This document shows positions 45,966-58,296 of a DNA stretch of 58,296 bases, one piece after another. This stretch comes from Alloascoidea hylecoeti (lineage: Eukaryota). The translations under genes and the position numbers were made by a program. The notes under the pieces are model-generated. The model had not been told where the DNA came from, ran no database searches, and saw nothing but the letters and a program-made list of their open reading frames with translations. Location of the stretch: NCBI GenBank assembly GCA_001600815.1, contig BCKZ01000035.1, positions 62,001 through 120,296 of the forward strand, in the 5' to 3' direction. Each line of letters opens with the position of its first letter. The stretch's first letter is position 1.

Positions 45966-48900
45966 ATGCCGGGTCGCCCCCAGAGTCGCACGTCCGGCCC
46001 CAACACGCCGAACACGCCCGTCCTGCTATCCACTGATCCTATAATTAGACGTTCCTCCAAACCCGCCCTTTCCAATGTCTCCTCGTCGTCCACCGTCGCC
46101 ACCTCCTTCACCGACTACAGCACCTCGCCCAGCTCCCTTTCCGTCTCATTGGACAAGTCCTTCGCTGGCTCATCGGGGTTTGCCGACTACAAGACGATCG
46201 ACAGTCGGTTTCACAAGTTTCAAACAAAGAATGGCATTTACAAAGCAAATACTCTACGGCTGGTTCTCCTACCCTTTCTTCGGCTCAAACAAGCCGAGGG
46301 CGATAAGGTGTCTCCTCAGGACTTAATGAAAAGACTGGCAATTCTTGAAAAATGGTGGACCGATTGTTTGAAAACACTCAGAGACAGGTCACATCCGGTA
46401 ATAAGTACTGATAGGGCTGCTTATCTCGAAGCAATTTCAAGACTTTTAGCAAGAAAAGAATGGCGAGATGCTTTAGAATTCCCCAATAATTCAATGTCTC
46501 CTATTTATGAATCTTTATTATATGATACGGTTGATTATGCTATTTCTAAATTAGCATTAAGAACTGTTCCTCTATATATTTCTGCTTTTGCCGGGAAAGT
46601 CTTTGGGTATGCTTTTTTTTATGCTCCCGGTATTGCCAATCAACTTCTACATAATTTAAATGTACCACGTTCAAATGTTGATAGAATTGTTAAATTTTTA
46701 TCAAAATTGAATAATCATCCAATTAATTCAATGATTGGTTCATATCGTTCAAAATTCCCATCTCATTTAAGTAATTTAATTGGGTTCCCAGGTTTTGCTC
46801 CACCACCAAGAAAATTCTCAACAAAAAGAAATAATGCCAATATTAATATTAATGATAATATAAATGTTTTATATAAACAATCAACTGATATATTATTGAA
46901 AAATTGTAAAACTGATTTTTATGGTCCATGGATTAATCATTGGATTGGTTCAAACAGTGATGTTTTTCTATCATTTGTTAAACATTACTATGATTTAATT
47001 TCTTTATATTTACCACAACAAGAAGATTCTTTTGTTCATTTAATGGCTCCTGGAATGTTAATTATTCAAGCTCATTTTTTAAGAATAGTTGATTCTTTGT
47101 ATAAAGCTCCACCAATAATTATTCCAAAACAAAAAAAGTATGTTTTTTCATTTCCTCTTTATTCATTGTTCTTTTTTTTATTACTTCTTTATTATAATTA
47201 CTCGGGTCGTCAAAAACTTTAATGGTTTTTTAAACTACCCTTTATTAAAAATTGACTTTTACTAACAAAGTTTAAAATCTATAGGGGTAATAATATTCAT
47301 AATCCTAATATTATTAATAATAATCGAATCAACAACAACAACTTTAACAATAAAAGGGGTTTCGATTTTAAAGAAGCAAATATTATATTACCATTTTCAT
47401 TACAAGCACAACATCGTAAAAATCGAAATCAAAATCATAAATATTTAATGACAATTAGAGAAATTTTACATAATGATGAAATTTGTTATGCTTCTGCAAA
47501 ATTATATTCTCAACAATTTGAAAGAATTTTACAAATTTCTGCAATTAATATAAATGTTTATAATATTGAATTATGTTCAAATTTTATTGATTTTGTTGAA
47601 GAATATTTTTTATCCCTAATTTTACCGAATTCTTTAAATAATTCAAGAATTTCTAAATTTAATAATAAAAATGATAATATTGATTGGCAATTTTGGATTG
47701 AAGTTATACAAAGAATGTTTGATACTGAAAATAGTTTTTTAGAATTAAAATCTTTATCATTTTTATATAATATTTGGGATTTAATTCCAACTTTTATAAT
47801 TGATCAAAGAAGAAATCAAGGCTTAGGTTTAGGTGTTTTTTTAAATGATCATAATGATGAAAATAATAATTCAAATTCTTGGTATATTGATGAAGATCAA
47901 AGTTTAAGATTTAATATATCGGTTTGGATTTTATCTGCTCCAATTTGGAAAAAATTCTTTTGTCATTGGCAACCTTTGGTAAGAGCTTATTATTTAAGAT
48001 TGATTTGTTGGAGAATTGCTTTAATTGATCCAAATTCTTCATTATCTGAATCATCTTCTTCTGGGTTATATACATCTTATTCTTTAATTGAATCAAATCA
48101 AACTGATGAAATTAGAAAATTATTACAACAACAATTATTATTTTCTTTTGAAAAATATAAACAATTATCATCAACTTCATCATCATCATCTAATTTTATT
48201 AATAGATGCATAAATGCTGATCCATCATCTCCTGTTCCTCATGGGCAATTCAAGATTATCCCAGCTTCGAAAATACTCATTCCTAAAATGGCTTCACAAC
48301 AACGACAATCCATTACAAATCATACACAACAACCATCACGAAAGCAACCGCAAGATGGGCTACAAAATTCACCATCAATTACAGGAAATGAAAGTTCTAA
48401 TGTCCATCAACACACAATGCTTAACGATCCATCAATTGTTTTCCCTAATTTAACAGTTTCTCAAAATTCAACTGTTGGACCTAGACGTACAAATCCATTT
48501 GATGTTTTTGATGAAATCGCTTACACCTATACTCGTGAAGGAGTAGAAGTAAATTTTAAAGATAATTCTTCAATCTTTGATGGTGCTTCAATTATAAGTT
48601 CTCGTACAGCACCCGCATCCCGTGGTTCACGTTCTACAACAGTGGCTTCATCAGCATCATCATTAATGGGACATCAACGGAAACCAAGTCGATTGAGAGG
48701 ATCCCCAAGATCGGTGATTAGTTCTAAATCAACTCCTATTTTAAATGGTGGTTCATCATCTACTTTAGAAACTACAGATGATCATAATTCAACTTCTTCA
48801 TTGAGATCTGTAAAATCAATGTTTTCTATATTTAGAAAAAGTTTTAGAAAATTTAAACATTCTAAAAAAGGTGCACATTTTAAGGATACTGTTAGTACAG

Positions 48901-50003
48901 ATGCATTGGTTGAGATAAAACGAACTAAAAGTGATCACAATAAATCTCGAAGTTTAAGTAATATTGATTTTCAAATAACAATGCATGGTGATGATACTCA
49001 AGTAAATCAAACCAACAATGATAATAATAATAGTAATAATAATAATGATAAAAAGGAAGAAGAAGATAGTGATTTCTTATCATTTTCTGTTCCAAGGAAA
49101 CCAAGACCAATATCCGGTACTTCTTCGACTTATTCACATCAAAGAAATTGTTCAACAATTGATGAACATGCAAGTGCATCATTTCCAGATTCAATGCCTT
49201 CTTCAACATCACCATCAATTACTAAAAAAACTAAAAAAATTAATAAAAGAAATTCAAATTCAAATTCAAGTAAGGGGAATAATTTATCAACAAGATTAAT
49301 TCCACCACCTTCAGAAATTTTTAATCCAACTCCTGAACCTTATAGATCACCTTTTAAATTTGGTTTAATGTATTCTGATGATTCAGGATTAAGATCAAAA
49401 ATGATTATTAATGCTAATAATAATATCAATAATAAAAATAATGATAATAATCGGACTGATAGAGATAATGGAATTAAATCCGTTGATGTTGGTAATAAAG
49501 AACTTAATTTAATGCCTCTTTTACCTTTTGAAAATCCTGATTCTTCAGCTGCAACAGTAAAGAAACCTAGTTCAAATAATGATGCTTCTGCACATGCTTT
49601 ATTAAATGACATTCCTAAGACTCTTGATAGTGAAGATTCACCAATAGATTCTTCAACTACAACTAATAATCTCACTACTACAACTGGTGATAATAATAAT
49701 TTATATACAAATGGTTCTCCATCAACGTCATCAATTTCAAAATCTCCAAATTCATTATCATTATCATTTGAATCAAATAATCTAAATATTAATAATCATA
49801 GAGATGTAAAAAGATTAATATTACAAGATAATATAAGAACATGGAATTATGTCGGTAAAGCATTATCAGAATGGAAACAAATTGTCTCTCAATTTGAAGA
49901 ATATGTTTTAAATCAAAGACAAATTAATGGAATTGAAAGACTTGAAGATTTAGCAATTCCTACTTTACATGCTGAGCCATTAGGTAAAATTTCTGGTTTA
50001 TGA
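45966..50003 (+). CDS. DUF1765 (UPF0592/AHK1-like) protein; exons 45966-47137, 47285-50003
   Basis: KANTLRLVLLPFLR, ILEKWW, DRAAYLEAISRLLARKEW, FAGKVFGYAFFYAPGIA, FFCHWQPLVRAYYLRLICWR, YVGKALSEW; intron GTATGT..TACTAAC..TAG joins the two ORFs in frame. Confidence 0.85.
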
Positions 50004-50031
50004 TAACTAATCTATTTTTAAAAATTTTATC

Positions 50032-50032
<1 letters not shown>

Positions 50033-50076
<44 letters not shown>
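50033..50076 (+). repeat. (ATT)n microsatellite; a second one lies at ~50288-50316
   Basis: Direct reading of attattatt runs. Confidence 0.95.
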
Positions 50077-50284
50077 TTTTATAATGAATAAGCTTAAATT
50101 TATTAATCATTCTAATTATCTATTTATATGGTATAACATTATTTTAAACATTCTCCTTTTATTTATATTTATATTTTTCTATATTTTTTCTCATTTCTCA
50201 TTGATATTTTATTCCGTTTGCTTTTCTATACCTTTTTTTTTAACCTGTCATGCCCTTCATTATAGCTAACATTTTTTTATTATC

Positions 50285-50318
<34 letters not shown>

Positions 50319-51945
50319 AATATAATCTTTTAAGTTTCATATTTACATTTATTTGTTTATTTTACCCTCCTTTAAATTTTTGTTTATTTTTATCTTTATC
50401 TTTCTTTTTCAGTATTCATATTTGGAATTGTAACTCTCTTTATTTTCAAAGAAAAAAAATTTATATCAAATTACTATTTTTATTTTTATTTTTATTTTTA
50501 AATTTTTGATTATCTTTTTTTTTTCTTTTGCGATTACAAATTTTAGTATTATTTCATTAGAGGTCAAGCATTAAACACTCACAATTTTATTATTATTCAT
50601 TAACATATATAACTTATATGTTTTATTCATCATAATTATACATAAATAGGATAGGATAATATTCATCATTTTATATCATTTTATTACAATTTTATTATGA
50701 AAAACTTATTATGTATATCAGTATTTCTACTTAATTTAGGCCACTTTGTAAACTAAACTTCGGACAATATATGAGCTAATTCTTGGATAAATAGTGGATC
50801 ACGTGGCTTAGTATTTCGGGCACAATCGCGAAACTTTGTGATAAATTAAATATTGAGAAGCGTCTGATACAATCACAGAGCCAGTTTCAGCATAGGAATG
50901 ACGTGCTCCGATCAAATAGATAAGATTTTACCTTATTATAGTCATTTGAGTCATTCATGTTCCAAAAAAAAAAATATTAAGGTTTTGAAGAGCTCTTCTC
51001 TCTTGATTAAAGTTTATCAAGAGTTACGCGTCCTTACTTCTGAAGCAAAACGATGATCTAATAACCATTAGCACGATGAATGATTAAAACAAATCAATGT
51101 AAAGTTGTGTACGATAAGGGCACAGGGAATGATGTAATGAAAATGAAAACACAATCTTTATCAACTTGAAAATTCTATCAAGAATGTCAGGGCCTCATCG
51201 AAAACACGAAATAAAAAACTTTAACGTTAACCATGGAAATATTAATTGTAATCTTGCCCTCGAATAACTATATATAAATGTGTAGCTACAATCACGACTC
51301 TTCTTTATTCTTGATTTCTGGCTTTCGGATCCATGATAACCTGTTTTAGATTATAGATTTCACTTGTATAAGAACAAAAACTTGATATACTGAATTATTT
51401 ATTCAAAATGTATTCTCTACCACTAAAAATGAGATGTTCCGATCCATAAAACCCAGATATCCGACAAGTCTTCGTCTACCTTAAGAGTTTTAGATCTTCC
51501 GTTGGACGGTTAGTTCATCACAATTGGTAAGGATGCTCTCTATCATTGATCTACCCTGACCTCTTAAGTTCGATATTTTTAGGTCATACCCAATTATTTA
51601 CCTCCTAATAGTACCAATTAAAAATCTATAAATACCTGATTATGATTGGAATTGCGTGATGATTAAAAATTCCAGTTGAGACATAATTTGAGATGTGATG
51701 GAATTAGTAGTAAGCTTAGATAATTCATATTATAACACTTTGATATGGCTGACAAAGCTGCAGTACAGTCAGCATTTACACTGATTACAGTCAACATATT
51801 TATAAGCAACGTTAACGTTGACTAAAACCTCTTTTGTCGAATTGCATGAGAAAAAAGTTCTACATTTATTAATTGATCTCAAACATGATTTATATAAAAG
51901 GCAGGATTCCCCTTATTTTTCAATTCTTCATCACAATCAACCATC

Positions 51946-52551
51946 ATGGCTCCAAAGATCGCAATCATCATCTACACTACTTACCATCACATTTCTACCT
52001 TGGCTGAATCAATCAAGGCTGGTGTTGCTGCTGCTGGTGGTAATGCTACCATTTTACAAGTCCCAGAAACTCTTCCAGAATCAGTTTTAACTGCCATTCA
52101 TGCTCCCCCAAAACCAAATTATCCAACTGTTACTGTATCTGAATTGACAAGCTACGATGGTTTCATTTTTGGCTTCCCAACAAGATATGGCGCTTTCCCA
52201 GCTCAATTCAAATCTTTCTGGGATGGTACTGGTGGCCTTTGGGCTTCTGGTGCTTTACACGGCAAGTACTTTGGTGTTTTCACTTCCACTGGTACACCAG
52301 GAGGTGGTCAAGAAGTTACTATCCTTAACTCCTTATCTTCTTTCGTCCACCATGGCTTGATCTATGTTCCATTGGGTTACAAGAATGCTTTCCCATTACT
52401 CACATCATTTGACGAATTTCACGGGGGATCTCCATGGGGTGCTGGTACCCTTGCTGGTGGTGATGGCTCAAGAAGTCCACTTAAACTTGAACTGGATATT
52501 GCTGAAATCCAAGGTAAAAGCTTCTATGAAACTGTTGCAAAAGCTTTCTAA
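51946..52551 (+). CDS. PST2: Flavodoxin-like NAD(P)H:quinone oxidoreductase (WrbA/PST2/YCP4 family)
   Basis: [68 protein letters not shown]. Confidence 0.92.
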   Translation: MAPKIAIIIYTTYHHISTLAESIKAGVAAAGGNATILQVPETLPESVLTAIHAPPKPNYPTVTVSELTSYDGFIFGFPTRYGAFPAQFKSFWDGTGGLWASGALHGKYFGVFTSTGTPGGGQEVTILNSLSSFVHHGLIYVPLGYKNAFPLLTSFDEFHGGSPWGAGTLAGGDGSRSPLKLELDIAEIQGKSFYETVAKAF

Positions 52552-52844
52552 GTTTAAAGGAAGTCTTCTATAGCTATATAGTATATTTTATAATTTAGAT
52601 AGAATATGCATATGCATAGAGTGATAATATAAGCATTACAGACTATAACGTAATCATATCCACGTGACTGCGCGTCGTCCACAATGTATTACATAATACC
52701 ATGTATTGTATTACGTAAGTGCCACATAATATGAATTACAGTTCCGTACAAGCCTCTCAAAATCTCAAAATGATCAGTGTGTTATTTGTATGTAATTTTA
52801 TTTTCTTTTTCACTTTCCACATTATTTAAAATATTAATCATAAG

Positions 52845-53672
52845 ATGAGTATGCATTTTTTCTTTAGATTTGATATGGATAGTCAAAAGGTTTGTAACTA
52901 ACTGTTATTACGCATAGCCATTGCATTATGGATTCAACCAAGGCCCGGATCTCCCCTATATGATTCTCTACGCACTTTAATTCTTGGTTTACAATCCCTT
53001 TTTCCAGATGGTGTTACATTTGAGCCCCACGTCACCATAACGTCAGATATTATAGTTGCTACTAATGCAGAAGATGAGATATTACAACGGGATGTTGATA
53101 GGATACTCGATGGTGCTGTGGTGGCAACAAAAGTCCTGAATCCAGGTGTTTCTATTAGATTCAATACAGTTAGTTTCGGATGGAGGTATTTTAAAAAAGT
53201 TTATATTAGTTGTGAAGGAACATTGGGACTTGTTGCGTTTGCTCAGATTTGTAGAGAATCCTTTGTGTGTTTACCGAATGCAATGGCATCAAGTTCATAT
53301 ACAACACCGGGAGGCGGAAGAGACCAGGCTTCTTATAATGATAGTCCAAGGTCAACTGCCAGTTCAAACTCAAATACTCTTACAAATGTAAGTAATGTCA
53401 GTGGAATGGAAAACATGTCACCGAAAGCGAGGGCAGCAGAACAGGCGCGACAATGGATTAAGGATTATGATCCTCATCTAAGTTTGGTATATTCTGATGA
53501 GTATCCTGTTGATGATGCTTTACAACGCACAATTTTAACAAGAATTGAAGATGTTTTGGGGAACAGTATAGATTTATCGGATCTTGGGTGGAACAACGGG
53601 AAGATTTCACTTGTTAATTGTGAAGGTCCGGTTTCAAACTGGGAGATTTTAGGATCTAGAGATCTACATTGA
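52845..53672 (+). CDS. CPD1: 2',3'-cyclic nucleotide 3'-phosphodiesterase (2H family); exons 52845-52848, 52918-53672
   Basis: Spliced MTIALWIQPRPGSPLYDSLRTLILGLQSLFPDGVTFEPHVTITS...YFKKVYI...YDPHLSLVYSD...LVNCEGPVSNWEILG; two HxT/S motifs. Confidence 0.9.
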
Positions 53673-53820
53673 TGTGTATAATAAGTAAAAATTAAAATGT
53701 ATGTTTTCTATTCCAAATTATTTTGGTGTAAAGCACGGGTAATAAAGGCTATACCTGCAACTGTAGACATAATAATGACTTGCTCCTTTCTTCTCGCCAT
53801 CATTACTTTCTTTGCATTAC

Positions 53821-55785
53821 ATGTCATCTTTCGAAAAAATAGTCAATGTAAGTCCATTCCCAACTGCTTCAATGATGAAAACCATTTTACTAACTACGTA
53901 AATATTATAGGGAGCCACTAAGATAAAGGTACAGACACAAACAAACATCAACACAAAAACAATTAAATTGAATTTTTAATAAGATTTTCACTAACACAAT
54001 GATTATAATAAAATTAAATAGGCCGCTATTCCAAAAGCTAAATATGTTAAACCTATAATATTTGCCACGACTTCTGTTGACGATGAAGATTTCAGATCAA
54101 TTATGCGAATGCTAAGTAATCGTTTGAATGATCCAGCATGGCCTGTAAGTACAAACTCTTTTTTTTTACGCGCGGAGTTGATCGTTATCGATAACAGAAC
54201 TAATAACCTTTAAATTTATTAGGTCACTTTAAAATCTCTTATGGTGATTCATATGATGATGAGAGAAGGTGGAGACTCTGTAGTTTTGGAATATTTATCA
54301 TCCGGATATTCACGGATATTGGAGTGTCCCCAAATCCCTTCGAGTGGAACTGTCGGTTATGTTATTCACAGATATTCTCGATATTTAAAACAGAAGGTTG
54401 AGCATTATTCTAGTACAGGGGTGGATTATGCAAGAATGGAGCCTGATTATCGTAGTTTGAAAAAATTAACAACTGAAAATGGTCTATTAGGGCATGTTGA
54501 TGGTCTTTTAGTATTAATCAAAACTTTACTTCGATGCAATTTTACCGAAGAAACGATTCGTAATGATTTAATGGTTAAAACATTTAGAATGCTTGTTAGT
54601 GATTTATTAGTTTTATTTGGTTGTTTAAATGAAGGAGTAATAAGCATATTAGGTAAATATTTCGAAATGGCAAAAAGGGATGCTTCACGAGCACTTGATA
54701 TTTATAAAGATTTTGGTGAAATTGTTGAAGATGTTTCTTCATATTTAAAAGTTGCAAGGGATTTGGAATATTTAACAAAATTGGATGTACCTGAGATTAA
54801 ATATGCTTCGACAGATTTAACAAGATCACTTGAGGATTATCTTCATGATCCAAATTTTGAAGAAAATAGAAAACAATATATATCAAAAAAGAATGGAACA
54901 ACTGATTCCAATTCTCATTCAACTCCAGATGTTCCAATTAAATCAAATTCAACACAAAGAGCACAATATGTGACTCATGATCAACAGGCAGTTTCTGATC
55001 CAGTTAGTCTCCCTACTCAGCAATCCATTCCACCAAATTTAAGCAATACAAATCCTTTCCTATCAGCTACAAATTCAAACACTCTTCAACAAGTTAGCTC
55101 ACTCAACGATTGGGGATTTCACACTGAACCACAGATGAAAGTTAAGCTACAGTCTGATTTTAGTTCCCGGAATCATGGGTCACAAGTTCAACCTCAACCA
55201 GGAGTAATGAATCAAACGCCGTTGATTTCTCAAGCTTGGACTCCCCAATTTCAACACCAAGAACCTCAATCAATGTCCCAGTTGCAACCGATGCAATCGC
55301 TAAATAATCAGTTTGCGAATATGAATTTTAATCAGGCTCAACTAAATGGAAATACCAACCCAGGTTTTAATTTGTACAATAATACCAATCCGAGTACATA
55401 TACAACTCAAATTCAAAATAATTCAATTCCTAATGTCAATTCAAGCTTTGATTTATATGCGAACACAAATACAACTCAGACTCAACCAAATCCAAATTCC
55501 AACACAGGCATTAATATGTATAGTAATCCAAACACAAGTACTCCTGGGTTTATTTCAATTCCTACTACACCTGCTGTAGCTATAAATAATAATAACCCAT
55601 TTAGTAGTATGGTCTCGTCAAATACTTCGCAACTGCAAACGGCTCATTCACTTCCTGCCCAAAGTCCTTTTTCACTCGGTGCACCAGTTCAAACCAATAA
55701 TATGGCACAATTGGAGAATTATGGATCTGGAGGAATTAATTCTTGGTATGCAACAACAACTCACCTGAACAATAATAACTACTAA
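53821..55785 (+). CDS. ANTH-domain clathrin adaptor (AP180/YAP1801-2 family); exons 53821-53847, 53911-53928, 54022-54144, 54223-55785
   Basis: MSSFEKIVN-GATKIK-AAIPKAKYV...RLNDPAWP-VTLKSLMVIHMMMREG, LNEGVISILGKYFEM, SLEDYLHDPNFE; NPF motifs in disordered tail. Confidence 0.92.
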
Positions 55786-56008
55786 CTTAACTAAATATTC
55801 AATTGTAAATATTCTTGTAAGTTTGTATATTTGAGCCACTGAATTTAAGTTTGACATCGGTTGTATAATAGAAGCATCTGCATAGATACGCATGTGATAA
55901 AACAATAAAGATACTATTCTCCACTATCCACGTGATGTTTGAAAGTTTGCTTATATTGAACTATTAGGGCACTTATTTGTTTCATAACTTCCTTTCAAAC
56001 ACACTATC

Positions 56009-58081
56009 ATGATTGATGACTTGTTAGGACGACCCTCGCATATAGTCAAGAAATATCAAGTAGCAATTGTTTCTTTTGTTTGGATTGCTGTCCTTGTAAA
56101 AGGACCAGTTCATGGTCCAAAATTTCTTAGGAAAATTTCCCAGGTGTTAACAAAAAGATTGAGTGCTTGGCAAATTCATGTTTTAACAATGACTTTTTAT
56201 TATCTTATGAAGAATATTGATAAAATATTTGATCTTAGACCACCTCCTCCATTGAAAAATGTTTATTCAAGATCATTTTATAGAGCATCTTGGATATTAA
56301 ACGCTTTAGATGCGGGGTTTTGGACCGCAATGACTGTTAAGCCAAAATGGTTAAGTGATATATCAGCAATTTTATTTTCATTCTATTATTTAATTTTTGC
56401 TGAACAAGCTGATAATAAAGTTAGAAATTATAAATCTGTACTTTCTACAAAATTAGCTAGAATTTCATGGGAAAAGGCATCAAATAATCCTTATATTAAA
56501 GCATTTACTTGGTTTTCTACTCCAAAAGTAAAATTAACAAAAAAAATTATAATTTCAAGACCTAAAGGTTCTGAATATGAAGAAGGAATATCTATTTATA
56601 TATGGTTTGATGGAACAGAAGAAGAATTAAAAAAACAAAATAAAATAATATATAAAATTCATGGAGGTGGATTTATTTCAATGACTCCTTTAGATTTTGA
56701 ACCATTTCTTTCTGGATTAGCAAAAACTTTGAAGATACCAGTGGTTGCAATTGACTATAAAAAGGCACCAGAATATCCTTTTCCTTACGCACTTGATGAA
56801 TGTTTTGATGCTTATTTGGTATTGACAGAGTCAAATGGTAGTATTATAGACCTTGAGCTCCCGGATAATAAGTCTTTAGATATTTGTCTTGTTGGAGATT
56901 CAGCTGGTGGGAACCTAGCAGTAGGTACAATGCTTAGAATTCTCCAAAGCCGAAAAGAAATAAAACACCCAACTGGAATAGTATTGGTTTATCCTGCTCT
57001 TGATTTAAACTACACATGTTGCTTAACTGAGGAACAGATTGATTTAATTAAAATGGAATCACTTCATGAGGCCAGACCAGAACTTTTTAGAAGAAAGACA
57101 GAAATCATAACTAGGATATCTAGTCATATCAAATCGCACAATAATTTATCTCTTCTTTCGAAGTCCAAATTTGTTAATATTCAAGATCGATCACAAAATA
57201 CCCATCAAAAGCCGTTGATGTATTTGGGTGAGGAAGATGATGATAATGATGCACAAATTGATTCATCAAACGCTAAAGATTTAGTTCATGATAAATCATC
57301 AAAAGATAACCATTCAAACAGCAAAATTGAAAAGTCTGATAACCCTCAGGTTACACGGGCACCACTATCATTAACATCAAAAATTGCTTATTCAAATGAT
57401 CGTATTTTATCCCCTGAAATGTTAAGAGCAGTTCTTTTACTCTATGTTGGATCAGAGAACTCAAGCACTGACCTTGAACAAAATTATTATTTATCACCAG
57501 TACTTTCTCCACTTAGTCTTCTTTCCAAATTTCCAAAAGTTTGTGTTATTTGTGGAGAAGCTGATCCTTTGGTTGATGATTCCATGATATTTGCAGCACG
57601 ATTAAGAGATGCAAAACATTCAATACATCAAGGTGAAGATAAAGAATTTGTAGAAATTAATATCTTAAAGGGAATCTCCCATGGTTTTTTGCAAATGTTA
57701 TCTATTTTACCAGAATCTAAATTGGCCATGAAAAGAATTGAATATTGGATTACTGATCTTTTAGATTTGAATAAACAAAAAGAAGAACAACATTCTGCAT
57801 CTATTCTATCTGAGGGCGTTAAATCTGTTGATGACTTTGAGAAGTTCTCGGATGCTTTCGAAGGACCCAAAAATGTAGCATCTAGCACTTCAACACCGAG
57901 TAATATTGAGTCCAATTCTGCTAAAATCTCCGATATTTCTAGACACAAGAAAACGAAAAGTAAGGAAAAAATTGAGAAATTATGGAAGGAAATAACATAT
58001 AAAGGTAGTACTGATGTCATCTCAGAAAGAAACAATTACTCAATCGATGGACTAGTGAGAAGGGATTTGGAAGACTCGTAA
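56009..58081 (+). CDS. Hormone-sensitive-lipase-family alpha/beta hydrolase
   Basis: MIDDLLGRPS N-terminus, ALDAGFWTAM, HGGGF oxyanion motif, DYKKAPEYPFP, GDSAGG nucleophile, DPLVDD, HGFL. Confidence 0.93.
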   Translation: MIDDLLGRPSHIVKKYQVAIVSFVWIAVLVKGPVHGPKFLRKISQVLTKRLSAWQIHVLTMTFYYLMKNIDKIFDLRPPPPLKNVYSRSFYRASWILNALDAGFWTAMTVKPKWLSDISAILFSFYYLIFAEQADNKVRNYKSVLSTKLARISWEKASNNPYIKAFTWFSTPKVKLTKKIIISRPKGSEYEEGISIYIWFDGTEEELKKQNKIIYKIHGGGFISMTPLDFEPFLSGLAKTLKIPVVAIDYKKAPEYPFPYALDECFDAYLVLTESNGSIIDLELPDNKSLDICLVGDSAGGNLAVGTMLRILQSRKEIKHPTGIVLVYPALDLNYTCCLTEEQIDLIKMESLHEARPELFRRKTEIITRISSHIKSHNNLSLLSKSKFVNIQDRSQNTHQKPLMYLGEEDDDNDAQIDSSNAKDLVHDKSSKDNHSNSKIEKSDNPQVTRAPLSLTSKIAYSNDRILSPEMLRAVLLLYVGSENSSTDLEQNYYLSPVLSPLSLLSKFPKVCVICGEADPLVDDSMIFAARLRDAKHSIHQGEDKEFVEINILKGISHGFLQMLSILPESKLAMKRIEYWITDLLDLNKQKEEQHSASILSEGVKSVDDFEKFSDAFEGPKNVASSTSTPSNIESNSAKISDISRHKKTKSKEKIEKLWKEITYKGSTDVISERNNYSIDGLVRRDLEDS

Positions 58082-58296
58082 TTTGTTCGATACATGTACT
58101 ATGCATAGTTATCACTTTACTTTTTATGATTTTGCAGTGATGCCATAGATATATTTACGATTTTAAAGTGCATGTAAGTTAATTATAAGGTAGGGTTATT
58201 TTATCAATTAAGAATTGTAATTGATTTCATCAAATTGCGACATTGTCCATAAAGGAAATTAAGGTGTTTGGAATTGTCACTGGTACATGAATATTT

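Noticed and set aside
50000..50269. Ile-rich 89-aa ORF
   Set aside because: Translation of the (ATT)n microsatellite in a 3' UTR
50799..50806. TCACGTG plus upstream AT-rich tract as a point centromere
   Set aside because: CACGTG occurs at several promoters here (~23528, 28661, 45512, 52662, 55929); no CDEIII or correct spacing seen

Overview
AT-rich budding-yeast (Saccharomycotina-like) chromosomal segment with short introns. Left (1-5.4 kb): MYG1 5' part, a decayed Tc1/mariner and a low-complexity coiled-coil gene. Accessory block (5.6-22.6 kb): three GPI-anchored Flo11-like adhesin paralogues built from nested inverted duplications. Their coding sequences are mosaic, a ~98%-identical 312-bp inverted repeat brackets the middle gene, and all three 5' UTRs carry Ssd1-type CNYT arrays. 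This is followed by a pogo/Fot1 element whose left TIR is split by a Ty1/copia remnant containing a 325-bp-arm palindrome. Core genes: PEX39-like, EMC6, HGH1, mago nashi, TYS1, CYS3, SSD1, CCT3, DUF1765/AHK1-like, PST2-like, CPD1, AP180/YAP180 and an HSL-family lipase, plus tRNA-Leu(UAA) with LINE-like fragments just upstream and a TYS1 pseudogene. The most promising candidates for new biology are a possibly invertible/recombining adhesin cassette, a hairpin-forming retroelement relic and possible tRNA-targeted LINE insertion. All family calls and alignments were made by eye; no searches were run.
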